From an uncultured Acidobacteriota bacterium (GTDB lineage: Bacteria > Acidobacteriota > Terriglobia > Terriglobales > Acidobacteriaceae), in contig CAVYPX010000009.1 of NCBI GenBank assembly GCA_963770485.1, positions 248,081-288,080 on the forward strand: DNA of 40,000 nucleotides, read 5' to 3'. This document shows positions 17,143 through 26,115 of the stretch, in pieces. The notes under the pieces are model-generated. The model had not been told where the DNA came from. It saw only the letters and a program-made list of their open reading frames with translations, and ran no database searches. A program made the translations under genes and the position numbers. Positions within the stretch are counted from its first letter, which is position 1. Every line of letters begins with the position of its first letter.

Positions 17143-19089
17143 CTACAATCCCGAGCTTCGCTCTGCGATCAGTTTCCTGATCTTCTCTACGAACTCCGAC
17201 GCGGGCATGTCTTCAGTCTTCTCTTTGCCGCGGATGCGTACGTTCACCCGGTTCGATTCGGCCTCTTTGTCGCCGACCACCAGCAGGAAAGGCACTTTCT
17301 GCAGCGCATGCTCGCGGATTTTGGCATTCATCTTTTCATTGCGGGCATCGACTTCCACCCGAACACCTGCTGCTTTGAGTTGATCGGCAACTTTGTTCGC
17401 GTACTCGACGTGCCGCTCGGCGATGGGAATCATCGCCGCCTGGACGGGCGAGAGCCACACCGGAAATGCGCCTGCATAATGCTCGATGAGGACCCCAAAA
17501 AAGCGCTCTATGGATCCATACAGCGCGCGATGCACCATGACGGGCTGCTTGCGCGTACCATCTTCTGCGACATATTCCAGACCAAAGCGGGCCGGCAGGT
17601 TGAAGTCGAACTGGATCGTTGAAAGCTGCCACAAACGCCCGATCGCGTCTACCAGCTTGACGTCAATCTTAGGCCCGTAAAACGCCGCCTCGCCCGGTAT
17701 TACTTTGTACTCAATGTTCCGCCGCTTGAGCGCATTTTCCAGCGAACGGTTGGCCAGATTCCACTGGTCTTCAGACCCAAGAAAATTCTTGCGATCGTTG
17801 GGGTCCCAGGTGGAGAGATCGGTCTGGAACTTGTCAAAGCCGAAGTCCTTGAGCACCTCCAGCGCGAAATCCATGCAGCTTACGATTTCTTCTTCGATCT
17901 GCTCCGGAGTGCAGAAGATGTGGGCATCGTCCTGGGTGAATCCACGCACGCGCAACAGACCGTGCATCACGCCGGAGCGCTCATAGCGATACACCGTCCC
18001 CAACTCGCCCAGGCGCACCGGCAGATCGCGGTACGACTTCAGCGAATCCTTGTAGATCAGAATGTGGCCGGGGCAGTTCATGGGCTTCAGGCGGTATTCG
18101 GCGTCGTCGAGTTCCATGGCGTCGAACATATTCTGCGCGTAGTAGCCCTCGTGACCCGAGGTTTGCCACAGCTGTCGACGCATTACGTGTGGCGTGTACA
18201 CGAGCGAATAGCCGCGCTTGATGTATTCGTCGCGCATCCAGTCTTCCATCTGTTTGCGAATGATTCCGCCCTTGGGGTGCCAAAAGATCAGCCCCGGCCC
18301 AGCGAGGTCCTGAATGGAAAACAGATCGAGCTGCTGGCCCAGCACGCGATGATCGCGCTTCTTCGCCTCTTCAACTTTGTTGAGGTGGTCTTCAAGATCT
18401 TTTTTCGAGAAGAACGACGTTCCGTAGATGCGCTGCAGCTGCGGGTTCTTCTCGTCCCCGAGCCAGTACGCGCCCGCGATATTCAGCAGCTTGAATGCCT
18501 TGATCTTCCCGGTCGAGGGGATGTGCGGGCCGCGGCAGAAGTCGGTGAACTTGCCGGTACGGTAGATGGAAATCTTTTCATCGGGCTTGGTGAACTGCTC
18601 GATGAAATGGCACTTCATGAAATCGCCCTCTTTCTTGAATTCCTCCAGACCCTGATCGCGGGGCAGAAACTCGCGCGCGTAGGGAATGTTTTGCTGCACC
18701 AGTTCCTGCATTTTCTTTTCGATCTTTTCCAGATCCTGCGGGGTAAATGGAGTCGGGCGATAAAAATCATAGAAGAATCCGCTCTCGGTGGCGGGCCCGT
18801 GGCCGAGCTTGGTCTCGGGAAATAGCTCCAAAACCGCCGCCGCCAGAAGATGCGCGGAGGAATGCCGGTAAACCTCCAGCGCCTCGGGATCGCGGTCGGT
18901 CAGAATGCGAAGGTCGGCATCTTTCTCGAGCGGCCGGGCCAGGTCGATGAGATCGCCGTTGGTCTTCGCCGCGATCGCCGCATCGGCCAGCCGCGGGCTG
19001 ATGGACTTGGCGATATCGAGCGCGGTCGTGCCCTTGGGAACTTCTTTGGCGCTGCCGTCGGGAAGCTTGAGATGAATAATGTCTGCCAT
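17143..19089 (-). CDS. thrS: threonine--tRNA ligase
   Basis: 648 aa with an N-terminal TGS domain (IHLKLPDGS), the editing-domain HSSAHLLA motif, class II core motifs and a C-terminal anticodon-binding domain. Confidence 0.97.
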   Translation of the reverse strand: MADIIHLKLPDGSAKEVPKGTTALDIAKSISPRLADAAIAAKTNGDLIDLARPLEKDADLRILTDRDPEALEVYRHSSAHLLAAAVLELFPETKLGHGPATESGFFYDFYRPTPFTPQDLEKIEKKMQELVQQNIPYAREFLPRDQGLEEFKKEGDFMKCHFIEQFTKPDEKISIYRTGKFTDFCRGPHIPSTGKIKAFKLLNIAGAYWLGDEKNPQLQRIYGTSFFSKKDLEDHLNKVEEAKKRDHRVLGQQLDLFSIQDLAGPGLIFWHPKGGIIRKQMEDWMRDEYIKRGYSLVYTPHVMRRQLWQTSGHEGYYAQNMFDAMELDDAEYRLKPMNCPGHILIYKDSLKSYRDLPVRLGELGTVYRYERSGVMHGLLRVRGFTQDDAHIFCTPEQIEEEIVSCMDFALEVLKDFGFDKFQTDLSTWDPNDRKNFLGSEDQWNLANRSLENALKRRNIEYKVIPGEAAFYGPKIDVKLVDAIGRLWQLSTIQFDFNLPARFGLEYVAEDGTRKQPVMVHRALYGSIERFFGVLIEHYAGAFPVWLSPVQAAMIPIAERHVEYANKVADQLKAAGVRVEVDARNEKMNAKIREHALQKVPFLLVVGDKEAESNRVNVRIRGKEKTEDMPASEFVEKIRKLIAERSSGL

Positions 19090-19124
19090 GGGACTCTTCA
19101 GTATAAAACACGCGGCGGGACATT

Positions 19125-19267
19125 TTGGAACACGTAGGGGCGGACGCCCTCGTCCGCCCAGCGGAGCAACGCTCGGCAGTTTGCGATCAGCCGCGCGAAA
19201 AAGGCGAGCTTCGCCCGCCCGGGTCCTGAGCGAAGTCGAAGGAGAGCGTCCGGGGCTACGTGTTTCT
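19125..19267. repeat. family B palindromic element, full intergenic copy
   Basis: Imperfect terminal inverted repeats GGAACACGTAGGGGCGGACGC / GCGTCCGGGGCTACGTGTTTC, 17 of 21 matching by eye. Internal hairpin GGGCGGACG-CCCT-CGTCCGCCC. Confidence 0.7.
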
Positions 19268-19287
19268 TGCCCGCGCGTCCACTCTGC

Positions 19288-21081
19288 TCACCAGCCCTCC
19301 TTCATCCCCTTGTTCTGCTCATCCAGCCACGTTTTCAGCGGGGCGAAGTAATCCAGAATTGCGCTGGCATCCATCTGACGTTGGCCGGTCAAGACCTCCA
19401 GTTCATCCGGCCACGGTTTGCTCTGGCCCATTTCCAGCATCCGGTTGAATTTCGCGCCCGCTTCTTTCGATCCATAGAATGTGCAGCGATTCAGCGGGCC
19501 GGTGTAACCCGCCTCCTTGCACAATGCACGGTAGAACTGAAATTCCAGAATGTGAGCAAGAAAATACCGCATGTACGGCGTATTGCTGGCCACGTGGTAC
19601 TTGGCGCCCGGATCGAAGTCCGCCTCACTGCGCTCCGCCGGCGGCGACACGCCTTGATACTTCAACCGCAGGTCCCACCAGGCCTTGTTGTAATCAGCAG
19701 GCTTGACTTCTCCGGAAAAAACCTTCCATCGCCACTCATCGATGAGCAAACCGAAGGGAAGAAACGCCACACGGTCGAGCGCTTGCTTGAGCAGAAGCGG
19801 AATGTCGGACTCGGCTGACGGCACCTTATCCAGCAATCCAATTTTTTTCAGATACTCGGGCGTGACGGCCAACGCGATCGTGTCGCCAATAGCCTCGTGA
19901 AAACCGTCATTGGCGCCACCTTCAAACATAAAGGGCTGGTCTTTGTAGGCGCGCTGGTACATGTTGTGACCGAGTTCGTGGTGAATGGTGACAAAGTCAA
20001 CGTCGCGAATCTGAATGCACATCTTGACCCTTAGATCGTCGCGGAAATCGATGTCCCACGCGCTGGCGTGGCAGACCACATCGCGATCGCGAGGCTTGGA
20101 AAACAGCGAACGCTCCCAGAACGTTGGCGGCAACGGAGCAAAGCCCAGCGACTTGTAGAATGCTTCGCCGTACCGCACCATGCCCTTGGGATCGAGGTTC
20201 TTGGCCTTGAGCAGTTCGGTCAGGTCGTAGCCACGGCTATTCTCCGGGAGTCCCAGCAAAGGGAAAATGTTGCCCCACTCCTGCGCCCAGGGATTGCCCA
20301 GCAGATCGGCGGGAATGGGTCCATCCAGCGGCACCAGCTTTGCCCCGTAGTGTTGCGACAACCGGGCACGCACGAAGGTGTGCAGGGAAAGGTAGAGCGG
20401 CCGCACTTGCTGCCATAGCCTCTCCAGTTCGGCGTTGAATTCGTCAGGGGTCATGTCGTAACCGGCGCGCCAGAGTTCACTCGTGTCTTTGAAGCCCATC
20501 TCGCGAGCACCCTGATTCGAGAGTTCGACAAAACGCGCATAGCGCGGGCGCATGGGAGCACCCACCTTATGCCATCCCGCCCAAACCTCTTTCAGTTCGT
20601 TGGGGTCGCGGCTTTCTCCCATGATTTTTTCGATGGCGGTGATGTCGAGACAATCGTCCGGCTTGCGGCAGTACTTGCCTTTGCCGTAATCGCCATCGAG
20701 AGAGGTCGCTATCTGGGTCAATTCCTTGCGCAGCGCCGGATCTTTCGGCGCCGGCGCAACCAGAGACAACTTCAGCAACAGGAACTTCCGGGCCAGATCA
20801 GGTGGCATCGGCAGCCCTTCAAAGCGCTTGCCCTGTTCGACAAGTTCTTCTGTGACCGCTGTGATTTCATCCTGGGCATCGGCGGCCAGAGCCTGGGTGT
20901 CGTCGGTGATGAAGTTCTCCTCCACCCAACCGGCCTGATTGACTTTGACGCTGAGTTCGCGGAGGCGAGTCTCGGCCTGTTTCATGAACTGTTCGGCGTC
21001 GGCGACGGTGGGTTTCGAGGCAGTCTGAGCCGGCGCGAATAACGAAGCGAGCAAAAGAAAAACAAGAAGGCGGGTCTTCAT
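19288..21081 (-). CDS. secreted peptidyl-dipeptidase, peptidase family M2 (angiotensin-converting-enzyme-like)
   Basis: Signal peptide MKTRLLVFLLLASLFAPAQT. Zinc motif HHELGHNMY with downstream HEAIGD, which is the M2 HExxH...EAIGD signature. Confidence 0.88.
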   Translation of the reverse strand: MKTRLLVFLLLASLFAPAQTASKPTVADAEQFMKQAETRLRELSVKVNQAGWVEENFITDDTQALAADAQDEITAVTEELVEQGKRFEGLPMPPDLARKFLLLKLSLVAPAPKDPALRKELTQIATSLDGDYGKGKYCRKPDDCLDITAIEKIMGESRDPNELKEVWAGWHKVGAPMRPRYARFVELSNQGAREMGFKDTSELWRAGYDMTPDEFNAELERLWQQVRPLYLSLHTFVRARLSQHYGAKLVPLDGPIPADLLGNPWAQEWGNIFPLLGLPENSRGYDLTELLKAKNLDPKGMVRYGEAFYKSLGFAPLPPTFWERSLFSKPRDRDVVCHASAWDIDFRDDLRVKMCIQIRDVDFVTIHHELGHNMYQRAYKDQPFMFEGGANDGFHEAIGDTIALAVTPEYLKKIGLLDKVPSAESDIPLLLKQALDRVAFLPFGLLIDEWRWKVFSGEVKPADYNKAWWDLRLKYQGVSPPAERSEADFDPGAKYHVASNTPYMRYFLAHILEFQFYRALCKEAGYTGPLNRCTFYGSKEAGAKFNRMLEMGQSKPWPDELEVLTGQRQMDASAILDYFAPLKTWLDEQNKGMKEGW

Positions 21082-21159
21082 AGAATTTCTCCCGCCGTAG
21101 ATTATAACGAGAGAACAGAAAATGTCAGTGTTGCGATGCTGGCGGAGGGGCGGACGGGC

Positions 21160-22023
21160 CTACGTGGACCGTGGCGTTGCTGGCGAGTAATACAGCTCTT
21201 CCATTGCGGTTTTCACTTTCGCCGACAGCGTTTCCATGTCGCGTAATCCGTAGCCCGCGGTCGAAATGGGCTCGCCCACCCGCATCTCCAGCGGGCGGGA
21301 CTTGATGTGATAGGTATTCATCGGAAGCAGTTCGAAGGTCCCCACCAGCGCCACCGGTACGATGTCCGCCTGCGCCTTGATGGCCAGATAAAATGCACCC
21401 TGCATGAACGGCTTGATTTCGCCATCGGGTGTGCGGCCACCCTCAGGAAAGATCACCAGCGGCAGCCCGCCTTGGAGGCTCTTCACCGCCGACCGGATGT
21501 GGGCGATCGATCGTGAGGGTTTCTGCTGATCAATACAAACCTGTCCTGACCGTTTCAAGTGCCATCCGATGATGGGGTAGGAGAGCAGTTCCTTCTTGAA
21601 GAGAATCCGGAACTGGAAGGGCAAATTCACGTAGAGCACCGGAATGTCGAGCGCGGAAGCATGACTCACGGCATAAACATGCGGCTTCGACGTGTCAATC
21701 TTTTCCAGACCGATTACGTTGACCGGGGAAGAAATGGTCTTCATGATCAGCCGCGACCAGAGCCGCGCAAAGCCATGCAAGATGCGGCCTTTGTCGCCGA
21801 AGAGAGAAACAGGAATCGACACAATCCCGAGGACCACGGTGTACAACCAGATCAGCGGATCGAAGATCAGGTAGGAGCGTAGACGGCTGAGCCAGCCATA
21901 CTTCTTCGCAACGGTTTCGCCGGTGGAGCGAGCGTCCGGCCAATCGCGATTCGTTTCCACGGAAGTCTGCGCCCGCGTCGTGTTCGGCCTTTCGTCGCGA
22001 ATTGATGTGTCGAGTTCGTGCAT
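21160..22023 (-). CDS. plsC: 1-acyl-sn-glycerol-3-phosphate acyltransferase
   Basis: HX4D motif (VSHASALD) and FPEGGRT motif, with an N-terminal membrane segment. The ATG at 22023 is preferred over the GTG at 22035. Confidence 0.85.
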   Translation of the reverse strand: MHELDTSIRDERPNTTRAQTSVETNRDWPDARSTGETVAKKYGWLSRLRSYLIFDPLIWLYTVVLGIVSIPVSLFGDKGRILHGFARLWSRLIMKTISSPVNVIGLEKIDTSKPHVYAVSHASALDIPVLYVNLPFQFRILFKKELLSYPIIGWHLKRSGQVCIDQQKPSRSIAHIRSAVKSLQGGLPLVIFPEGGRTPDGEIKPFMQGAFYLAIKAQADIVPVALVGTFELLPMNTYHIKSRPLEMRVGEPISTAGYGLRDMETLSAKVKTAMEELYYSPATPRST

Positions 22024-22051
22024 GGGAACTAACACTGCTCTTTACTTAAAT

Positions 22052-22145
22052 TGTCATTTCGAGGGGATTCATCCCCGAGAAATCTGCTTCCCTTTTTCTA
22101 CACGACACAGCAGATTCCTCACGGCTGAAAGCCGTTCGGAATGAC
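22052..22145. repeat. 94-bp palindromic element, family A
   Basis: TGTCATTTCGAG...CGGAATGACA termini with an inner AATCTGC...GCAGATTCCTC inverted repeat. Sits between the folC stop and the plsC start. Confidence 0.7.
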
Positions 22146-22187
22146 AAAGTCTGAAGTACAAAGTGTTTGACACAGCCAGTTCAGTTC

Positions 22188-23594
22188 TCAGATCCTCATC
22201 CCCTGGATCCGCATGGCCTCTCCCACAATGTAGATGGAACCCGTTATGACTACAACACCCTGGGGACCGGCGAACGAACTGGCTCGCTCCACCGCAGAAG
22301 CCACGTCTGACACTTCTTCGATGGCGGTAGAAGTACGTGCTGCTGCCTCGCGAATCTCGTTCGCGGTCGCTGAGCGCGGATTATCGGCGCGAGTGGCAAT
22401 GACCCGCTCGGCCAGCGGGAACAGGATTTCGGCAATCTCCCCAATCGCCTTGTCTCGCATCGCGCCAAAGACGAGGGTCAGCGGCCGGTCCCCATAAACG
22501 GCAGACAACGTGGATCGCAATGCCCACGCTCCTGCCGGATTGTGTGCCACGTCGAACACATACTCCGGCGTCCTACCCTTGGCGGGAATTACCTGGAAAC
22601 GTCCGGGCCACCGTGTTTCGCGGATACCGCGTTCGATGGCGTCCGCGGTGACCGGGAATCCCTGTTTGCTCAGTTCCTCCGCCGCCGCAATCGCCAGCGC
22701 CACATTCCTCAATTGATGCCGGCCGACCAGCGGCGTTTCCACCAGAATCTGCTGGCCCATGAACTGCAGCGGATAGCGGGAAATCGGCCCCCCTAGTCGG
22801 ACATTGCTTTTCTCCGCGCCCTCCGTGTCCTCGGTGGTTGAAAGTTCTTGCTCGGTCCTGGGTAGAAGGTACTCGGTACTGCCAGGCGAAACCGGCGGAA
22901 CGTACGGCACCGCGCTCACTGCCTGCGCTCCCAGCTTCAGAATCGCGTTCCCGATCACTTCGTTGGCCTGGGGCTGCTGTGGCAGCGTCACCACGATCCC
23001 GCCGGTCCGGATAATTCCCGCTTTTTCGCGCGCGATTTCCGCCACTGTGTTGCCCAGAAATTTCTGGTGGTCGAGCGCGATGTCGGTAATCACGCTCACC
23101 CGCGGTTCAATCACGTTGGTAGCGTCCAACCGCCCACCCATGCCGACTTCGAGGACGGCGATCTCCACTTTGTTTTGCGCAAAGTATTCGAAGGCAATCG
23201 CAGTCAGCATCTCGAAAAAGCTGGGATGCCAGGGCAATTCGCCTTCCTCGACCAGCCGCTCGGCCGTGCGATCCACCAGATCGTGCAGCAAGGCGAAATG
23301 GTCGTCGCCGATCCCGATGCCATCGATGCGAATGCGCTCATTGATCCGCACCAGGTGGGGCGACGTGTACAGCCCAGTGCGCAAACCGGAAGCCCGCAGG
23401 ATTGACGCCAGCGTGGCTGCCGTCGAACCTTTGCCATTAGTTCCGGCGATAAGGACGCCGGGAAACCGCCGTTCTGGATGATTCAAAGCTCCCAGCAACA
23501 CCCGCATGTGCGCCAAGTCGAACTTCTGCGGTGGCGTCTGCGCCAATTCATGGCCCAGCGCGTACATGCGGGCAAGGGCTGTTTCGTAGGACAT
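22188..23594 (-). CDS. folC: bifunctional folylpolyglutamate synthase / dihydrofolate synthase
   Basis: GTNGKGST P-loop, a Mur-ligase-like fold and 468 aa length. Confidence 0.92.
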   Translation of the reverse strand: MSYETALARMYALGHELAQTPPQKFDLAHMRVLLGALNHPERRFPGVLIAGTNGKGSTAATLASILRASGLRTGLYTSPHLVRINERIRIDGIGIGDDHFALLHDLVDRTAERLVEEGELPWHPSFFEMLTAIAFEYFAQNKVEIAVLEVGMGGRLDATNVIEPRVSVITDIALDHQKFLGNTVAEIAREKAGIIRTGGIVVTLPQQPQANEVIGNAILKLGAQAVSAVPYVPPVSPGSTEYLLPRTEQELSTTEDTEGAEKSNVRLGGPISRYPLQFMGQQILVETPLVGRHQLRNVALAIAAAEELSKQGFPVTADAIERGIRETRWPGRFQVIPAKGRTPEYVFDVAHNPAGAWALRSTLSAVYGDRPLTLVFGAMRDKAIGEIAEILFPLAERVIATRADNPRSATANEIREAAARTSTAIEEVSDVASAVERASSFAGPQGVVVITGSIYIVGEAMRIQGMRI

Positions 23595-23789
23595 GGATTA
23601 GGTCAGCCCTTGGCCGTCAGTCGTTGGCCGTTGGCCTAAGCTTTCCCCCATCAGCTTTCAGCTTATCAGTTTAGGGTGTTTCCGCCTCGATTCTCTAGAA
23701 GGCAGCGGTTGGCGGTCGAAGGTGAGCATTGAACCGAGCAAGAAGAGCGTTTAGCTGAGAGCTGACGGCTGAGAGCCGAGAGCCGAGAG

Positions 23790-24635
<846 letters not shown>

Positions 24636-24648
24636 AAAAGCAGTAGCT

Positions 24649-24710
24649 AGTAGTCAGGAGTCAGTAGTCAGTGACACCGACTGACTCCTGGCTACTGACT
24701 CCTGACTACT
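24649..24710. repeat. word-repeat hairpin (TAGTCAG/GAGTCAG words) with a 19-bp perfect stem
   Basis: AGTAGTCAGGAGTCAGTAG (24649-24667) is the exact reverse complement of CTACTGACTCCTGACTACT (24692-24710). Lies between the cobO stop and the accD start. Confidence 0.65.
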
Positions 24711-25246
24711 CAATACTCGATTCCTCTCTGCGCCATCACGCCGTTCTCATAGGCGTGCTTTACCTGGCGCATCTCGGTGACCGTGTCGGCTAGCTCGACA
24801 ATTGTCGGATGTGCATTCCTGCCCGTCAAGATCACATGAACCATTTCCGGCTTCTTCTTCAGGCTCTCCACCACCCTGGCGGGATCGAGCATGCCGTAGC
24901 TGATGGCGTAATTGATCTCGTCCAGGATGACCAAATCCCACGCGCCGGACTGAATCGCCTTTTCGGCTTCTACCCACGCTTCATCGACCATCCGCACATC
25001 TTCGGGATCGGGCTTCCCAGTTCCCACTTTCACGAAGCCGCGGCCCATCTGCTTCATGACAAACTTGTCTCCGAAGGCCTGTACCGCGTCCAGTTCGCCG
25101 TAGTGCCACGAGCCTTTTAGAAATTGCAGCATCAGCACGCGCATGCCTTGACCCACCGCTCGCAACGCCGTTCCCATGGCAGCGGTGGTTTTGCCCTTGC
25201 CCGGGCCGGTATTCACGATGATCAGACCACGGCGTACGTCCTGCAT
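24710..25246 (-). CDS. cobO: cob(I)yrinic acid a,c-diamide adenosyltransferase (CobO/BtuR type)
   Basis: The GPGKGKTTAAMG P-loop, LDEINYA motif and 178-aa length are typical of CobA/CobO/BtuR. Confidence 0.88.
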   Translation of the reverse strand: MQDVRRGLIIVNTGPGKGKTTAAMGTALRAVGQGMRVLMLQFLKGSWHYGELDAVQAFGDKFVMKQMGRGFVKVGTGKPDPEDVRMVDEAWVEAEKAIQSGAWDLVILDEINYAISYGMLDPARVVESLKKKPEMVHVILTGRNAHPTIVELADTVTEMRQVKHAYENGVMAQRGIEY

Positions 25247-25329
25247 ACTGGATAGTTCTTGATTGTACCTGCTCGGAGGGTGCGGCGGTGGTCGAGCAGG
25301 GTAGTGGCGGGTTATGCCGCGGCAAGCAG

Positions 25330-25488
25330 CTACGGCATCTCGATCACTTGCCGCAGGTCAACTTTCTCGTGCGTGGTGGGAGTCTGATCCGAAAGCAACT
25401 CTGCTGTAATCCGCAAAGCCTCGATCTGTTTCTTGACCTTCAATATTTCCTGCTCTTTTGCCCGCAACACTTCTTTGGGATCTTTCAT
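25330..25488 (-). CDS. small hypothetical coiled-coil protein (52 aa), absent from the ORF track
   Basis: Translated by hand: MKDPKEVLRAKEQEILKVKKQIEALRITAELLSDQTPTTHEKVDLRQVIEMP. GAGGAG lies 7 nt upstream of the ATG. It fills most of the rlmH-cobO gap. Confidence 0.45.
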   Translation of the reverse strand: MKDPKEVLRAKEQEILKVKKQIEALRITAELLSDQTPTTHEKVDLRQVIEMP

Positions 25489-25594
25489 AGAGGGCTCCTC
25501 GTAACCAGTAATGCTAAAACCGTTCCACGACTCTAATCCTCTCCGCGTCGGTCCGAAATATCACGAAGGTACACGGCTGATCTCACGAATAAAG

Positions 25595-26038
25595 TTAGTG
25601 ACCAAGATGATAAGGATGTCCCTTCAAGATGGTGAATGCCCGATAAAGCTGTTCGAGCAGGACCACGCGCGCCAACTCATGCGCAAACGTCATCTTACCA
25701 AGGGAAAGCGTCAGAGTGGCAGCCCGCCGGGCCGGGTCAGCGAACCCACTGGCCGGCCCCACGGCGAACAGCAGCGGTAACGGATTCCGATTCTGATACT
25801 CTTCCAAGAACTTTGCCAATTCTTCGGAGGAAAGCTGCTTTCCGCGGCTCTCCAGCAAGATCAACGTGTGCCGTGTGGCGCGCGCCGCCGGCTCGCACAA
25901 CCTCAGCAAGGCAGATTCATCTTTCAGCGCGATCCCTTCAACCTCGGCGTAGCGGGCCAGCCGCTTCATGTACTCGTCGGTTAACGCCTGGATCGCGGGC
26001 TCTTTCGTTTTGCCAATCCAGGCAATTTTGAGTTTCAC
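25595..26038 (-). CDS. rlmH: 23S rRNA (pseudouridine1915-N3)-methyltransferase RlmH
   Basis: GTG start. It is a SPOUT-family protein of 147 aa that ends in GHPYHLGH-type sequence. Conserved neighbourhood with rsfS and nadD. Confidence 0.9.
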   Translation of the reverse strand: MKLKIAWIGKTKEPAIQALTDEYMKRLARYAEVEGIALKDESALLRLCEPAARATRHTLILLESRGKQLSSEELAKFLEEYQNRNPLPLLFAVGPASGFADPARRAATLTLSLGKMTFAHELARVVLLEQLYRAFTILKGHPYHLGH

Positions 26039-26115
26039 AAAGAGATTTAACCACAGAGGGTCCGGCTGATGCGGGAAACCACCTCACGCTCTTTGCGAAT
26101 CTCGATTCTGATCTG

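Noticed and set aside
22800-22900. Extra segments in FolC (about LLPRTEQELSTTEDTEGAEKSNVRLGG) and in NadD (about 28900-28980, PPEVAAPQITAKKVQPQPAVPG), considered as further in-frame repeat insertions like the one in tgt.
   Set aside because: I found no convincing nucleotide similarity to any repeat family in this window. A 15-of-19 match between 22832-22850 and 31887-31905 is within chance expectation for 40 kb. These are probably ordinary lineage-specific loops.
25247-25329. TACAAT hexamer (minus strand, about 22 nt upstream of the cobO ATG), considered as a promoter.
   Set aside because: No acceptable -35 element lies at 16-19 nt spacing, and a single hexamer is too weak.
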